Below are positions 49,657 to 58,539 of a DNA stretch of 64,000 nt, in pieces; within the stretch, counting starts at the first letter, position 1; every line of letters starts with the position of its first letter. Location of the stretch: sequence record NC_049851.1, one strand, 5' to 3'. A program made the position numbers and the translations under genes. A model generated the notes under the pieces. The model saw only the letters and a list, made by a program, of their open reading frames with translations. It ran no database searches and was not told the origin of the DNA.

Positions 49657-50340
49657 GGTCGGTCGGTCGTCGGTTCCTGTAATTGATCTTGGGGGTCACC
49701 TGTATGGGACCCATTGGTAATTTATTTACTGCACTCAGTTCATCACACGAGTGTAACAGTTTTTGGTTTCACGATCAAGCCCTCGACCACGAGTGGGCGC
49801 AGCCCCGAGTGGGCAGCGTGGAGCGCGAGCGACACGCATTCCCAAACCGTCAAGCATCCAAGCTGTTGAGCACGCTGAGGGTCAGGGGAGCATGGATCGC
49901 TGCGCTCTCCATGCGAACCGCGTGCTGCGCACGGGTTTTTCCTTCCTGAAGAGAAGAAAAGGCTATGTAATTGAAAAGTCATAGCATCCATATAGATAGT
50001 ACGGCCGGGGCAGACTTTCAATTACATGGATCGGGACCAAAACGAGCCAAAAATCGCAGTTTTTCGCTACTTTCCTGACTTTTGTCGATTTTTCACACTT
50101 TTCTTCATTAAAAACACGTGTAATCAGGGCTTGACAGCGGCCGTATGTCCCATATACATTACGCGCACGCTATATCGCGCAATATGACGCGCGCCCAACA
50201 GGAGGATATGATGCACTATGACGAACATTACGCGCGTGCTGGCCGGTCGGCATAAGCTCGCAAGACCGATAAATAAAGGTCGCATCATGTTGACCCAGTT
50301 CGACGTTCCGTGTTAGCATCTGTTCATCACTGACAACCCG
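49657..50340. other. AT-rich divergent intergenic region
   Basis: No credible ORF; T-rich tract 50060-50115; promoter-like TTGACA-18-TACATT at 50131-50160 (+). Confidence 0.6.
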
Positions 50341-50351
50341 AGAGGTGCAAC

Positions 50352-51738
50352 ATGAAAAACAAACTGCAACGTCTTCCGTGTATCGTGTCGATCAAGAACG
50401 AGGGCAAGTACGCAACGCTCTCGCTCATCACTGGCAAAGACAAGTTCGAGGTCATGGTCGATCCGAAGGCGCTCGGTCAACTGCTGATGGGCACGAACCT
50501 GCTCACGTACACGCAACACACGAAAATCTAAGGAGGTGGCTCAATGGCTACGAAAACTGGTTCGCGCTCTGCACTCCTGCCGTCCGTGACGCAGACACCG
50601 GCTCCCAAGAAGCCGAAGTTGAGGACCCCGGTCTACGTCGACCGCGAGAACCGCGTGCTCACCGTCGACTCGCGCGTCAAGACCTACCTGCGTCCGCTGT
50701 CCAAAGGCATCAGCGAAAAGGGCACGGTCGTCGCCATCGACGAGCGCGGTCTCTCGGTCAAGATCGACGGCGTGCGTGAGGTTCGCGAGTACACGGTCGA
50801 GGAAGCGGCCGAGAAGCTGATCTTCACGGGCATGAAAAAGAAGAAAGTTCGTTACGCGGAAGATTGCTCGACCGACGAGCGTGCCCGGGCATCCGTCGAG
50901 ATCGGGCGCTCCGGAATTCTGGTCGATCTGTATCTCGACGACCGGTCTGTGACGATTAATATCGAGCCTGAGCACGTTATGCGCGCGCTCGAAGGTCGTC
51001 CCCTAGGCGGGGTGATCCCGCAAGCACGCGCTCGTGTTCGCACCTACTCGGCGGTCTCGGAATGAGCACGCGTAGCAACAAGAAGATGAGTCGTGGCCTC
51101 AACGGGGAAGTAATCGATCACAAGCGTTACATCAAGACTTACCGCTATCAGGTGATGCGGGTCATTCGCGACATCGAGAACGGGAGCGTGAACGAAGAGG
51201 ACATGGCAAAGCTTCGCAACTTTTGTCAAATGTCGATCACGTTGATGGAACACGCGCCGATTTCGCAAATTCAGGCAGCGTGGCGCGACACCGAGATCAT
51301 GGCGTTCGCGCACGATGCAGTTGACGACGTGCAGGACACCGGTGTAGTATTGCGCGGTCCCGATCAACCGGCTCGGTCAGGCTGCATCCCCGAGTCCTTT
51401 CGCAAGGAGTGAACATGGAGAACGAACAACGCGTTGAGTTTGTCGAAGACTGGGCATCGGTGCTTCCCGAGCGCATTCGCAACCATAACAAGGACACCAT
51501 CGATAAAATCTCGATGGTGCTCGACGACGACAGTGTGTATGCGAAGCTGCACATTCCGATGAAGGAAGGTGAGTACGTGCAGGAGGTGGATGTCACGCAC
51601 CTGCATCCCGAACTTCGTGCGCGTCTCGCGCTCTCCCTGTTTCGTGACGCACTGGAACTCACGCGCAAGGCCCGACGTGAAGGCCGCCGTCAAGTCCGCA
51701 AGCTCATCAACGAAGCACTCAACCCCATGTACGACTAA
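50352..51738 (+). other. small early-type ORFs 50352-50531, 50544-51065, 51062-51412, 51409-51738
   Basis: RBSs GAGG/AGGAGG; coupled starts and stops. Confidence 0.6.
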
Positions 51739-51749
51739 GGCAGGAAACC

Positions 51750-51896
51750 ATGGAAGATCAACCCATCAAACTCACGGAAGCTGAGACCGAACGCTTCCTC
51801 GAAACACTGAAATCGCCGCCCCCGCCGAACGCGGCACTCGTCGAGGCGATGCGCAAATACCGGGAACAGGAGGAAGCAAGTGGCCGAAATCAATAA
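51750..51896 (+). CDS. 48-aa DUF1778 (AtaR/TacA antitoxin) C-terminal-like peptide, absent from the ORF track
   Basis: MEDQPIKLTEAETERFLETLKSPPPPNAALVEAMRKY...; RBS AGGAAA. Confidence 0.65.
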   Translation: MEDQPIKLTEAETERFLETLKSPPPPNAALVEAMRKYREQEEASGRNQ

Positions 51897-52125
51897 CGAC
51901 CGCTACATGATCTATCAGGACAGCGACACGGACTACTGGCTCGCGTACATAAAGCTGGGCCCGGACCCGGGCATCACGGTCAACGTCACGCACGTGCCTG
52001 AGCCCAATCGCGAGACCTTCGTGAAGCTGCTGCGTGATCAGATCATCCGGGCCGCAGAATCCGCGTTCAAGCGCGGGTCCTATGACGCAAAACTTGGAGT
52101 GCGTATGGCGCTCCGACTCGACTAA
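51880..52125 (+). CDS. hypothetical protein
   Basis: GTG start behind GGAGG. Confidence 0.6.
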   Translation: MAEINNDRYMIYQDSDTDYWLAYIKLGPDPGITVNVTHVPEPNRETFVKLLRDQIIRAAESAFKRGSYDAKLGVRMALRLD

Positions 52126-52134
52126 GGAGGACGC

Positions 52135-52413
52135 ATGAAAAAGTTTATCGCACTGGCGGTCGTCGCCGTCACCCTCGCTGGGTGCGGCCCGGAGCCCGAC
52201 ACCCCGCTCGGCGGTGTCCAATACACAGAAGGTCGCTTCCAAGTCGCACGCGTCGGCGTCTTCCGCGACGAACTCGCGTACGGTGACAAGCGCGGCATCT
52301 ACACGTTCGTCGACACGAAGACAGGCAAGGAGTACGTCGGTGTCTCGGGCATCGGCATCGCGGAGACGGGTTCGCACTCCAGCGGCAAGACCCAGACGCA
52401 GGACGAGCGATGA
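52135..52413 (+). CDS. lipoprotein
   Basis: MKKFIALAVVAVTLAG|C lipobox. Confidence 0.75.
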   Translation: MKKFIALAVVAVTLAGCGPEPDTPLGGVQYTEGRFQVARVGVFRDELAYGDKRGIYTFVDTKTGKEYVGVSGIGIAETGSHSSGKTQTQDER

Positions 52414-53483
52414 GCGCTACTCCACTCTTTCTCGACGACGCTCCGCACCTGACGCCACTCGGTTTCGCAAATCGTCTCTACGTCGATAGCGTCCAGCACT
52501 CGATGCTGCGCCTGAATCGCGAGCGTACTGCCTACCATGATATGCCCGTCTACGGTGTGGATGAGGTTCAGAAACTTCTGCGCTACGCACAGGAAATGCG
52601 TGATCTGGCGGACCGTTTGCAGAGTGGGCGCTGATGCCGATCTACAGAGAAGGTATCGATCTTGACCAGTATGTCTCGACTTGGGACGAACCGGACAGCG
52701 TTGAGGGTTTAGGCTACTGCTACCGATACACGGACGTGAAGTACAGTCCGGGTGTAGACGAGTGGGATGATCCGCTTCCACGCTCGCCCGGGACCCACTT
52801 GGGCATTCACGTGCACGAATACAAGGTGCTGCGTGAAACCAAGTGCGGCTTCTGGTTCTACGACACTTACGAGGGCCGTGAGCGCTTCATCAACAACTCG
52901 TGGACCAAGAAGCATGCGCTCCGTTCGAAGGAAGCGGCACGCGATTCGTATATCGCGCGCAAGGAAAAGCAGATCACGCTGCTCAAGCGTCAGATAATCG
53001 ACGCCGAAGAGTTCTTGCGCATGGCCCGTGACCAACAAGCGCGCGGCGTCGCCCAATCTATCTGGAGGTAACATGGGTCTGGAATACTACGCACTGAACC
53101 ACGCACGCGCCGAAGCCGTGTCGTTGGGTCGCCTCGGCTTTCGCTTCGACGCGTTGCTGAACGTGACGGACCAAGCGGAGTTCGAGCGTGCGTGTTTCGA
53201 ATCGCTGGTCGCGTCCGGTTTCGACTATGCACGCGCTGCCGAGTTCGCACACGACTTCTACGATTTCGGGGCCGACGAAATATGGAACGACGGACAGGAC
53301 GTGTACGAATATTTCTCGTGCTACCGCGTGGTCGACGCGCTCGACCACGAAGAGATCGGGAGCAAGCTCGGTGACTACTTCGTGCGGTCCGGTATGCTTC
53401 CGGTCGAGGCCCTGAGTCTGCGTCACCCGCGCGTGCAGATTGTGCTGGGCCGAGCCAAGATCACGCAACCCAATTTGAATTGA
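52410..53483 (+). other. hypothetical ORFs 52410-52634, 52634-53071, 53073-53483
   Basis: Coupled ORFs with RBSs. Confidence 0.6.
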
Positions 53484-53487
53484 CCTG

Positions 53488-53516
53488 TTGACGGTGTAGT
53501 AAAGACAGCGTATAGT
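53488..53516 (+). promoter_or_regulatory. composite promoter for the tRNA cluster
   Basis: TTGACG-17-TATAGT with GTAGTAAAGA inside the spacer. Confidence 0.75.
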
Positions 53517-53525
53517 TCAGGACTC

Positions 53526-53602
53526 GGGCGGTTAGCTCAGGGGTTAGCAGCGTTCGGCTCATAACCGAGGGGTCGCGGGTTCGAATCCCGCACCGCCCAC
53601 CA
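53526..53602 (+). tRNA. tRNA-CAU (Met, or Ile2 if lysidine-modified)
   Basis: Cloverleaf; TTCGG-CT-CAT-AA-CCGAG; TTCGAAT; encoded CCA. Confidence 0.9.
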
Positions 53603-53658
53603 CACAGAATAGGAGGCAATCATGAGTAGATTCTAGTGAACCAACTGGAGGTGTTCTC

Positions 53659-53946
53659 ATGAAAGCAAAAGCGTTTTACCATCGTGTTTGTAACTACGGC
53701 CCGGGCGGCTACCACTGCCCGTGCTGTGGTCCCGCACCGAGCATGCGTCGTAAGGAGCGTCAGCAACAACGACGCAAGTTCCATCGACTGCTTGACGTTC
53801 TGGACAAGTTTGACACCGAAGTCGAAATCGAATACGACAACCTCGTGCTCAACGATTTCGACGACGAGCGTCACGACTACTACAACGGCTGGGGCGGTGA
53901 TCCCAGCCTGCACGATGAGTGGAAGGATTGGAAGAAGGCAGCTTGA
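53659..53946 (+). CDS. hypothetical protein with CPCC motif
   Basis: RBS GGAGG. Confidence 0.6.
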   Translation: MKAKAFYHRVCNYGPGGYHCPCCGPAPSMRRKERQQQRRKFHRLLDVLDKFDTEVEIEYDNLVLNDFDDERHDYYNGWGGDPSLHDEWKDWKKAA

Positions 53947-54010
53947 CCGTACTGCACCGCAAAGCCTTAGATGCGGTGTGCCGCGAGAACGTGAGCGGTG
54001 CAGTGCACCT

Positions 54011-54096
54011 GCCCGGGTGGCGGAATTGCTAGACGCGACGGACTCAAAATCCGTTGGCCCTAGGCCGTGTGGGTTGGAGTCCCACCCCGGGCACCA
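54011..54096 (+). tRNA. tRNA-Leu(CAA) with C19/G56 elbow
   Basis: ACGGA-CT-CAA-AA-TCCGT, long variable arm, CCA. Confidence 0.9.
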
Positions 54097-54098
54097 TC

Positions 54099-54137
54099 GC
54101 GAGGGTGGCGAAATTGGTAGACGTGGCGAAATTGGTA
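54099..54137 (+). pseudogene. 5' fragment of a tRNA-Leu with a 15-nt direct duplication
   Basis: GCGAGGG-TG-GCGAAATTGGTAGACG; GTGGCGAAATTGGTA at 54105-54119 and 54123-54137. Confidence 0.8.
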
Positions 54138-54177
54138 ATCCCCAATTTTATTTCAGTAACCAACGTGGAGAAGATTC

Positions 54178-54888
54178 ATGCTAGAACTGAAAAACGACAT
54201 GCCGATTTTGGCCAAGAAGTTGTCCGGTGTGTATGGTCACGAGATTCGTATCATCGGGCCGTACGTGGACAAGAGAAACGGGCGTAAGCTCGTGGACATA
54301 AAGGGTGCGCCCCGTTCCTCGGGAATTAACAAAACCGTGCAGCTTGCACGTGCGCGCCTAGAAGTAAAGCTTGGTCGACGCCTTGTCGATGACGAGACTG
54401 TCGACCACAAGAACAACGATTGCACGGATGACCGTCCGAGCAATCTTCAGTTGCTGACGCACGCAGAGAACTCGGCAAAGCAGACGAAGGAAACGCGTAG
54501 TCGCTCGGCTGAAGCGTCTCGCACCGCCGAGGCGCGTTCCGCTAACAGCAAACGCAATACAGGTGAGAAGAATCAAGCTGCCGTCCTTACCGATACTGAA
54601 GTGAAAAGGTTTCGCACACTTTTCAGTAAGGGTAAAATGACGGTCAAGCAAATCGAAGATGCGTCGGAGTTGACAAATCGTTCGGTTCGTAATATGCTTG
54701 ACGGCCTGTCGTACAAAACGGCAGGCGGACCGCTCCGCATAGCAGGCTCTGTTGGTCGCGCATCCTCGTTGTCAGAGAAGCACAGGCAGTACATAGCGAA
54801 TCACGCAGAACTGTCAGCCGCGCAGATTGCAGAAGAACTTGACGTGAGTAGGTATGCAGTGATACGATACCGACGCACGCTTAACTAA
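54178..54888 (+). mobile_element. HNH homing endonuclease
   Basis: LARARLEVKLGR.L...ETVDHKNND.TDDRPSNLQLLT.AEN plus a C-terminal HTH-like region. Confidence 0.85.
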
Positions 54889-54889
54889 C

Positions 54890-54976
54890 GGGAGTGTGCT
54901 GGAATTGGTAGACGGAACGGATTTAGATTCCGTAGGCCGCAAGGTCGTGTGGGTTCGAATCCCATCACTCCCACCA
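54890..54976 (+). tRNA. tRNA-Leu(TAG)
   Basis: ACGGA-TT-TAG-AT-TCCGT, variable arm, CCA. Confidence 0.92.
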
Positions 54977-55006
54977 CTACACGAAATTTTAGTTAAAGGT
55001 ATTTAA

Positions 55007-55246
55007 GTGCCGCCAAGCATCGAACAGGTAAAACTTATACTCAGATCAGCAGCATTGTCTCCGAGCAGCAGTCAGTTGTCTATTTCTGGCTTTGACGATA
55101 TCATGAAGGCAGCAGAGGAAGCCTATTGTGGAGATAGCCGAGCCATGCTCACAAACGTCCGGGAAATTGCCTTGCAGTTTCCGGACAATACGATGATGAT
55201 GACGATTTTGGCGCTGTATTCTGAATCCATGCTGAGTATGCATTAA
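55007..55246 (+). CDS. hypothetical protein (79 aa)
   Basis: GTG-start ORF, lower GC than the flanks. Confidence 0.45.
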   Translation: MPPSIEQVKLILRSAALSPSSSQLSISGFDDIMKAAEEAYCGDSRAMLTNVREIALQFPDNTMMMTILALYSESMLSMH

Positions 55247-55260
55247 GCGCAATCCCCACA

Positions 55261-55310
55261 GTCCTGCCGGTCGAAAGGCCGTGAGGGTTCGAATCCCTTT
55301 CCTCGCACCA
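55261..55310 (+). pseudogene. 3' fragment of a tRNA-Leu
   Basis: GT-CCTGC-C-GGTC-GAAA-GGCC-GT-GAGGG-TTCGAAT-CCCTT-TCCTCGC-ACCA; TCCTCGC pairs with GCGAGGG at 54099. Confidence 0.85.
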
Positions 55311-55404
55311 CTTTGGATTGTAGGCGTAAATCGAGCGGGACTTCCCCACCCACTCGATTAGGTATGGTACACCTTATAGACCGTCGCCTACAATCCAAAG
55401 TGGT
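55307..55404 (+). ncRNA. unknown structured RNA, 20-bp perfect closing stem
   Basis: ACCACTTTGGATTGTAGGCG (55307-55326) / CGCCTACAATCCAAAGTGGT (55385-55404), internal hairpin AATCGAG/CTCGATT. Confidence 0.55.
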
Positions 55405-55477
55405 TGTGGTAAAGATGTAGTGTGCTTTGCCTTTGAAGCGCGGGCGCTGTGGTTCTCAGGCCACGACAGCGCCCAAC

Positions 55478-55553
55478 GCCGGTTTAGCTCAGTTGGTAGA
55501 GCAGCGCCCTTGTAAAGCGCAGGTCACGGGTTCGAGCCCTGTAACCGGCACCA
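55478..55553 (+). tRNA. tRNA-Thr(TGT)
   Basis: GCGCC-CT-TGT-AA-AGCGC; CCA. Confidence 0.92.
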
Positions 55554-55574
55554 CTAAACAATAACAACGAGGTT

Positions 55575-56138
55575 GTGATGAATACGCATGAGGCTTACGA
55601 GATCGTCGATAGACTGACGCCGGTATCGGTCAGGAACCTCGAAGACGCGTACGTACGGTTCATGGAAATGGCGCTTCTGGTCGATCCACACCCGGAGACT
55701 GAAGACCGGGCCACACGGGATCGTGAGACATACACTGAATTCCTGCTACCGCCCGACGAGAACGGCAATCCCGTGATTTCGGTCCCGGGCATGCACCAGT
55801 TTCTGTCCAAGATCACGGGCCATCCACTACAAACCTGCGTAGCCTTCGACTATGTTGACTTCCATCGCGTGCACGGCACGACGGTAGAGGACGCGGAACT
55901 CGCTGGCTACGTTTAAGGACGGACCATGGAAGAAGACGCATACAGGTTCAGTGTGGCAGCGCTCAAAAGCGAGTACGACGCTGAACTGCTCGAACTGCGC
56001 AAGACAGTGCTTGAAGGTCGCGGTGACGTTGCTGGGTTTATCAAACTCAAGGAGTCGCTTGACTCAAGGCTGAAGGACCGCGTTAGCGCGGTTACTGGCG
56101 CACGCAGTCAAACACAGAACAAGTTGCTGTACAACTGA
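55575..56138 (+). other. hypothetical ORFs 55575-55916 and 55926-56138
   Basis: ORF track, RBSs. Confidence 0.6.
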
Positions 56139-56144
56139 ACAAGA

Positions 56145-56221
56145 CTCCGCTTAGCTCAGCCCGGTAGAGTACGTGATTTGGGATCACGGGGTCGCAGGTT
56201 CAAATCCTGTAGCGGAGACCA
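56145..56221 (+). tRNA. tRNA-Pro(TGG)
   Basis: CGTGA-TT-TGG-GA-TCACG; C1:G72, A73, CCA. Confidence 0.92.
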
Positions 56222-56239
56222 CACAACATAGGAGGTGTC

Positions 56240-57512
56240 TTGGAAACCACTTACGACTACAGCCTTACGTTCGACCTGACTGACATCATCGTGTTCGTTC
56301 TGATCGCGATCATGATCAAGATGGTCATCGACATCGTGCGTGAGCGCATGCGAATACGCAGGCTCCGACGCGACATGGGGGCAAACGGCAATCTTCCGTG
56401 CATCACGATCTCGGGTAACGACGATGTGTCGATCTCGGGTCTTGTGTACGAAGGGCGGCCCATCCCCTCGGTCGATATCAAGAACAAAGCGCTGTTCGTC
56501 GACGGTCAGTTCAAGCGCCGCCTCGCCCGCAACAGCCGTGTCTACAACCGTGGCATCGGAATCTTCGCGGACGGCAAGTACATGGGGTAATACCATGCGC
56601 AGTATCTTTCACATTTCGGTCGGCTCCGATAACTGGAACCCGACCGAGGACGAACTTGCGGGCATCGTCCGCAAGTTCAAAGAACTGGAAGCAAAGCAGG
56701 GTCAGCGTCAACAGCTTCCCGATACCCGCAAGATCATCCACATCAGTGTGGGTGCTGAGGATTGGACGCCTACCGCAGACGAACTGTTGGCCATCGTCAA
56801 TCAGTTCCAGTATGCAGACCTCGATCCGCTCGGTGGGTGGATTGCGACGCGTCACGGTATCAAAGTCACTGACATCGAGACCGCCGCACAGCCCACGCTG
56901 GTGGTGAACGGCACGACCCACGAAAGCGAGGCTCGTGCTTCGCTACGTCAGGACTCCATCGACCGGCTTGAGGCCATCCGCGAAAACCTGCGTACGTTCA
57001 AGCTGAGCACGCTCGATGTCGACACACTGATCAATCGGTTGTCGACGTATCAACTTTAACCGAAAAGCTTAGGACAACAAATGAAACAACTCAACACGCA
57101 ACGCCGCTTCGAATGCCTGACACCGGAAGGTACATGGGTCTCCGTGCACTGGGAGCAACTGGAACCGGGCGACATGATCCGCCTCCTGCCCGCTGTCGGC
57201 ATCACCGAGGACGTTCCGCCGACCGACGTATTCGTCGTCATGGACACGCCTACCGTGAACGTGCGTTCGGTGAACGAAATCCGTGCCGAACAAGCAGCCG
57301 CAGCGCAGCGTGAAGCGCTGGCCAACACGGAAGGTGTCGATGCTATCCAAGCAGCGCAGCGCGATATCGACGCAGCCGTCGAGCAGATGAAGCCGGTAAC
57401 AGAGGCCGTGGCAAAGGTGGCGCACGCAGTAAAGGCCAAGAAGACGCCGAGCCCGAAGGTTCCGGCACCGGCACGCAAGCCGCGCACGCGCAAGGTCGCG
57501 ACGCCGAAGTAA
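56240..57512 (+). other. hypothetical ORFs 56240-56590 (N-terminal TM), 56595-57059 (internal repeat), 57081-57512 (basic tail)
   Basis: ORF track, RBSs. Confidence 0.6.
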
Positions 57513-57624
57513 TGGCCGTGTAGTAAATAGGTTGGGTGAGCGCGGAAACGCAATCCCCAATTTGAGTTGTACAGAAAACTAGTGCTGGTTGCCGGATGCA
57601 GTTGTTACCCGGAACAGCACACGC

Positions 57625-57714
57625 GGATGGGTGCCCGAGTGGCTAAAGGGGGCAGACTGTAAATCTGCCGGGCCTCAGTGTCCTACGTTGGTTCGAATCC
57701 AACCTCATCCACCA
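57625..57714 (+). tRNA. tRNA-Tyr(GTA)
   Basis: GCAGA-CT-GTA-AA-TCTGC, long variable arm, CCA. Confidence 0.92.
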
Positions 57715-57767
57715 GAACATAAGCAGGAGCCCTGAGCATCAGGGCATCAGGGCAACAAGGAAAAGCA

Positions 57768-58049
57768 ATGCCGATTAAGCCGCTGTATGACAAGGTGGTG
57801 GTGCGTACCACCGACACAGACCGTACGACTGTAGGGGGCATCGTGATCCCCGCTGCTTCGCTCAAGGCGAATCAGGCTGTCGTGGTCGCTGTCGGTGACG
57901 GCCACCTTATGCAAGACGGTACGCTTCGACCGCTGTCCGTGAAGGCAGGCGACGTTGTGTACCTCTCGCATGAAGGCTCCGAGATCGAAGTCAACGGTGA
58001 AAAGCTTCGCGTCTTCATCGAAGGCGATCTGATAGGAGTCCTCAACTAA
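57768..58049 (+). CDS. groES: co-chaperonin GroES
   Basis: IKPLYDKVVV, GGIVIP, VVAVGDG, VKAGDVV, GSEIEVNGE. Confidence 0.92.
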   Translation: MPIKPLYDKVVVRTTDTDRTTVGGIVIPAASLKANQAVVVAVGDGHLMQDGTLRPLSVKAGDVVYLSHEGSEIEVNGEKLRVFIEGDLIGVLN

Positions 58050-58058
58050 GCAGTACAT

Positions 58059-58135
58059 TCCCCGTGAGCAAGCTAGGCGACTGCACCGGACTGTTAATCC
58101 GGCATTGCGTGGTTCGAATCCACGACGGGGAGCCA
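58059..58135 (+). tRNA. tRNA-Asn(GTT)
   Basis: CCGGA-CT-GTT-AA-TCCGG; CCA. Confidence 0.92.
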
Positions 58136-58139
58136 ATCA

Positions 58140-58242
58140 TGAATAGGTCATGAGTAAGGCAGATCACTCAATCCGGAAACTCAAAAGGTAATCCGGGTAG
58201 CAATGAGCATCCTGTAAGCCGAGACGATGATTGACTTATTCA
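58140..58242 (+). ncRNA. unknown structured spacer RNA
   Basis: Closing stem TGAATAGGTCA/TGACTTATTCA with internal hairpins TGAGT/ACTCA and CCGGA/TCCGG. Confidence 0.45.
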
Positions 58243-58244
58243 GA

Positions 58245-58320
58245 GCGCGGGTAGCTCAGTTGGTAGAGCACCGGACTGAAAATCCGGGTGTCGCTGGTTC
58301 GAGTCCAGCCCTGCGCACCA
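58245..58320 (+). tRNA. tRNA-Phe(GAA)
   Basis: CCGGA-CT-GAA-AA-TCCGG; CCA. Confidence 0.93.
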
Positions 58321-58322
58321 GC

Positions 58323-58438
58323 GTTGTGATCGAGTGAAAATCGTAGGAAGGGGCCGATTACCCTGACCGCAATCTGTAGGTGGACCGGCTGGCCCTCATC
58401 CTGCTAGTGTAGATTTTTCCCATGTGGTTTCGATCAAC
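58323..58438 (+). ncRNA. unknown rod-like RNA
   Basis: Nested stems TGATCGA/TCGATCA, GAAAATC/GATTTT, GTAGGA/TCCTGC, GGGGCC/GGCCCT separated by bulges. Confidence 0.45.
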
Positions 58439-58539
58439 TAATCATTGTGTGGTTGTAGCGCACTAAATCAGACGGCCGGGCTCCGGAGCCCGCGTACCAT
58501 ACCACCCCGGATGGAAACCGTTGAATATTCCGGGTCGAT

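Noticed and set aside
49683-50021. ORFs in the divergent intergenic region
   Set aside because: No RBS, atypical composition and overlapping on both strands; probably spurious.
54126-55260. Group I intron splitting the tRNA-Leu
   Set aside because: No recognisable P7/catalytic core, the insert contains a complete tRNA, and the exons lack the 5' anticodon strand, so splicing would not restore a tRNA.
55405-55476. Possible degenerate tRNA-Gln (CT-TTG-AA loop-like sequence)
   Set aside because: No D arm or separate acceptor stem; it folds as a simple hairpin.
38143-57560. AATCCC(C)A as a general regulatory motif (38143, 54137, 55251, 57552)
   Set aside because: Short, inconsistent in orientation relative to transcription and plausible by chance; noted only as a possible junction microhomology of the split tRNA.
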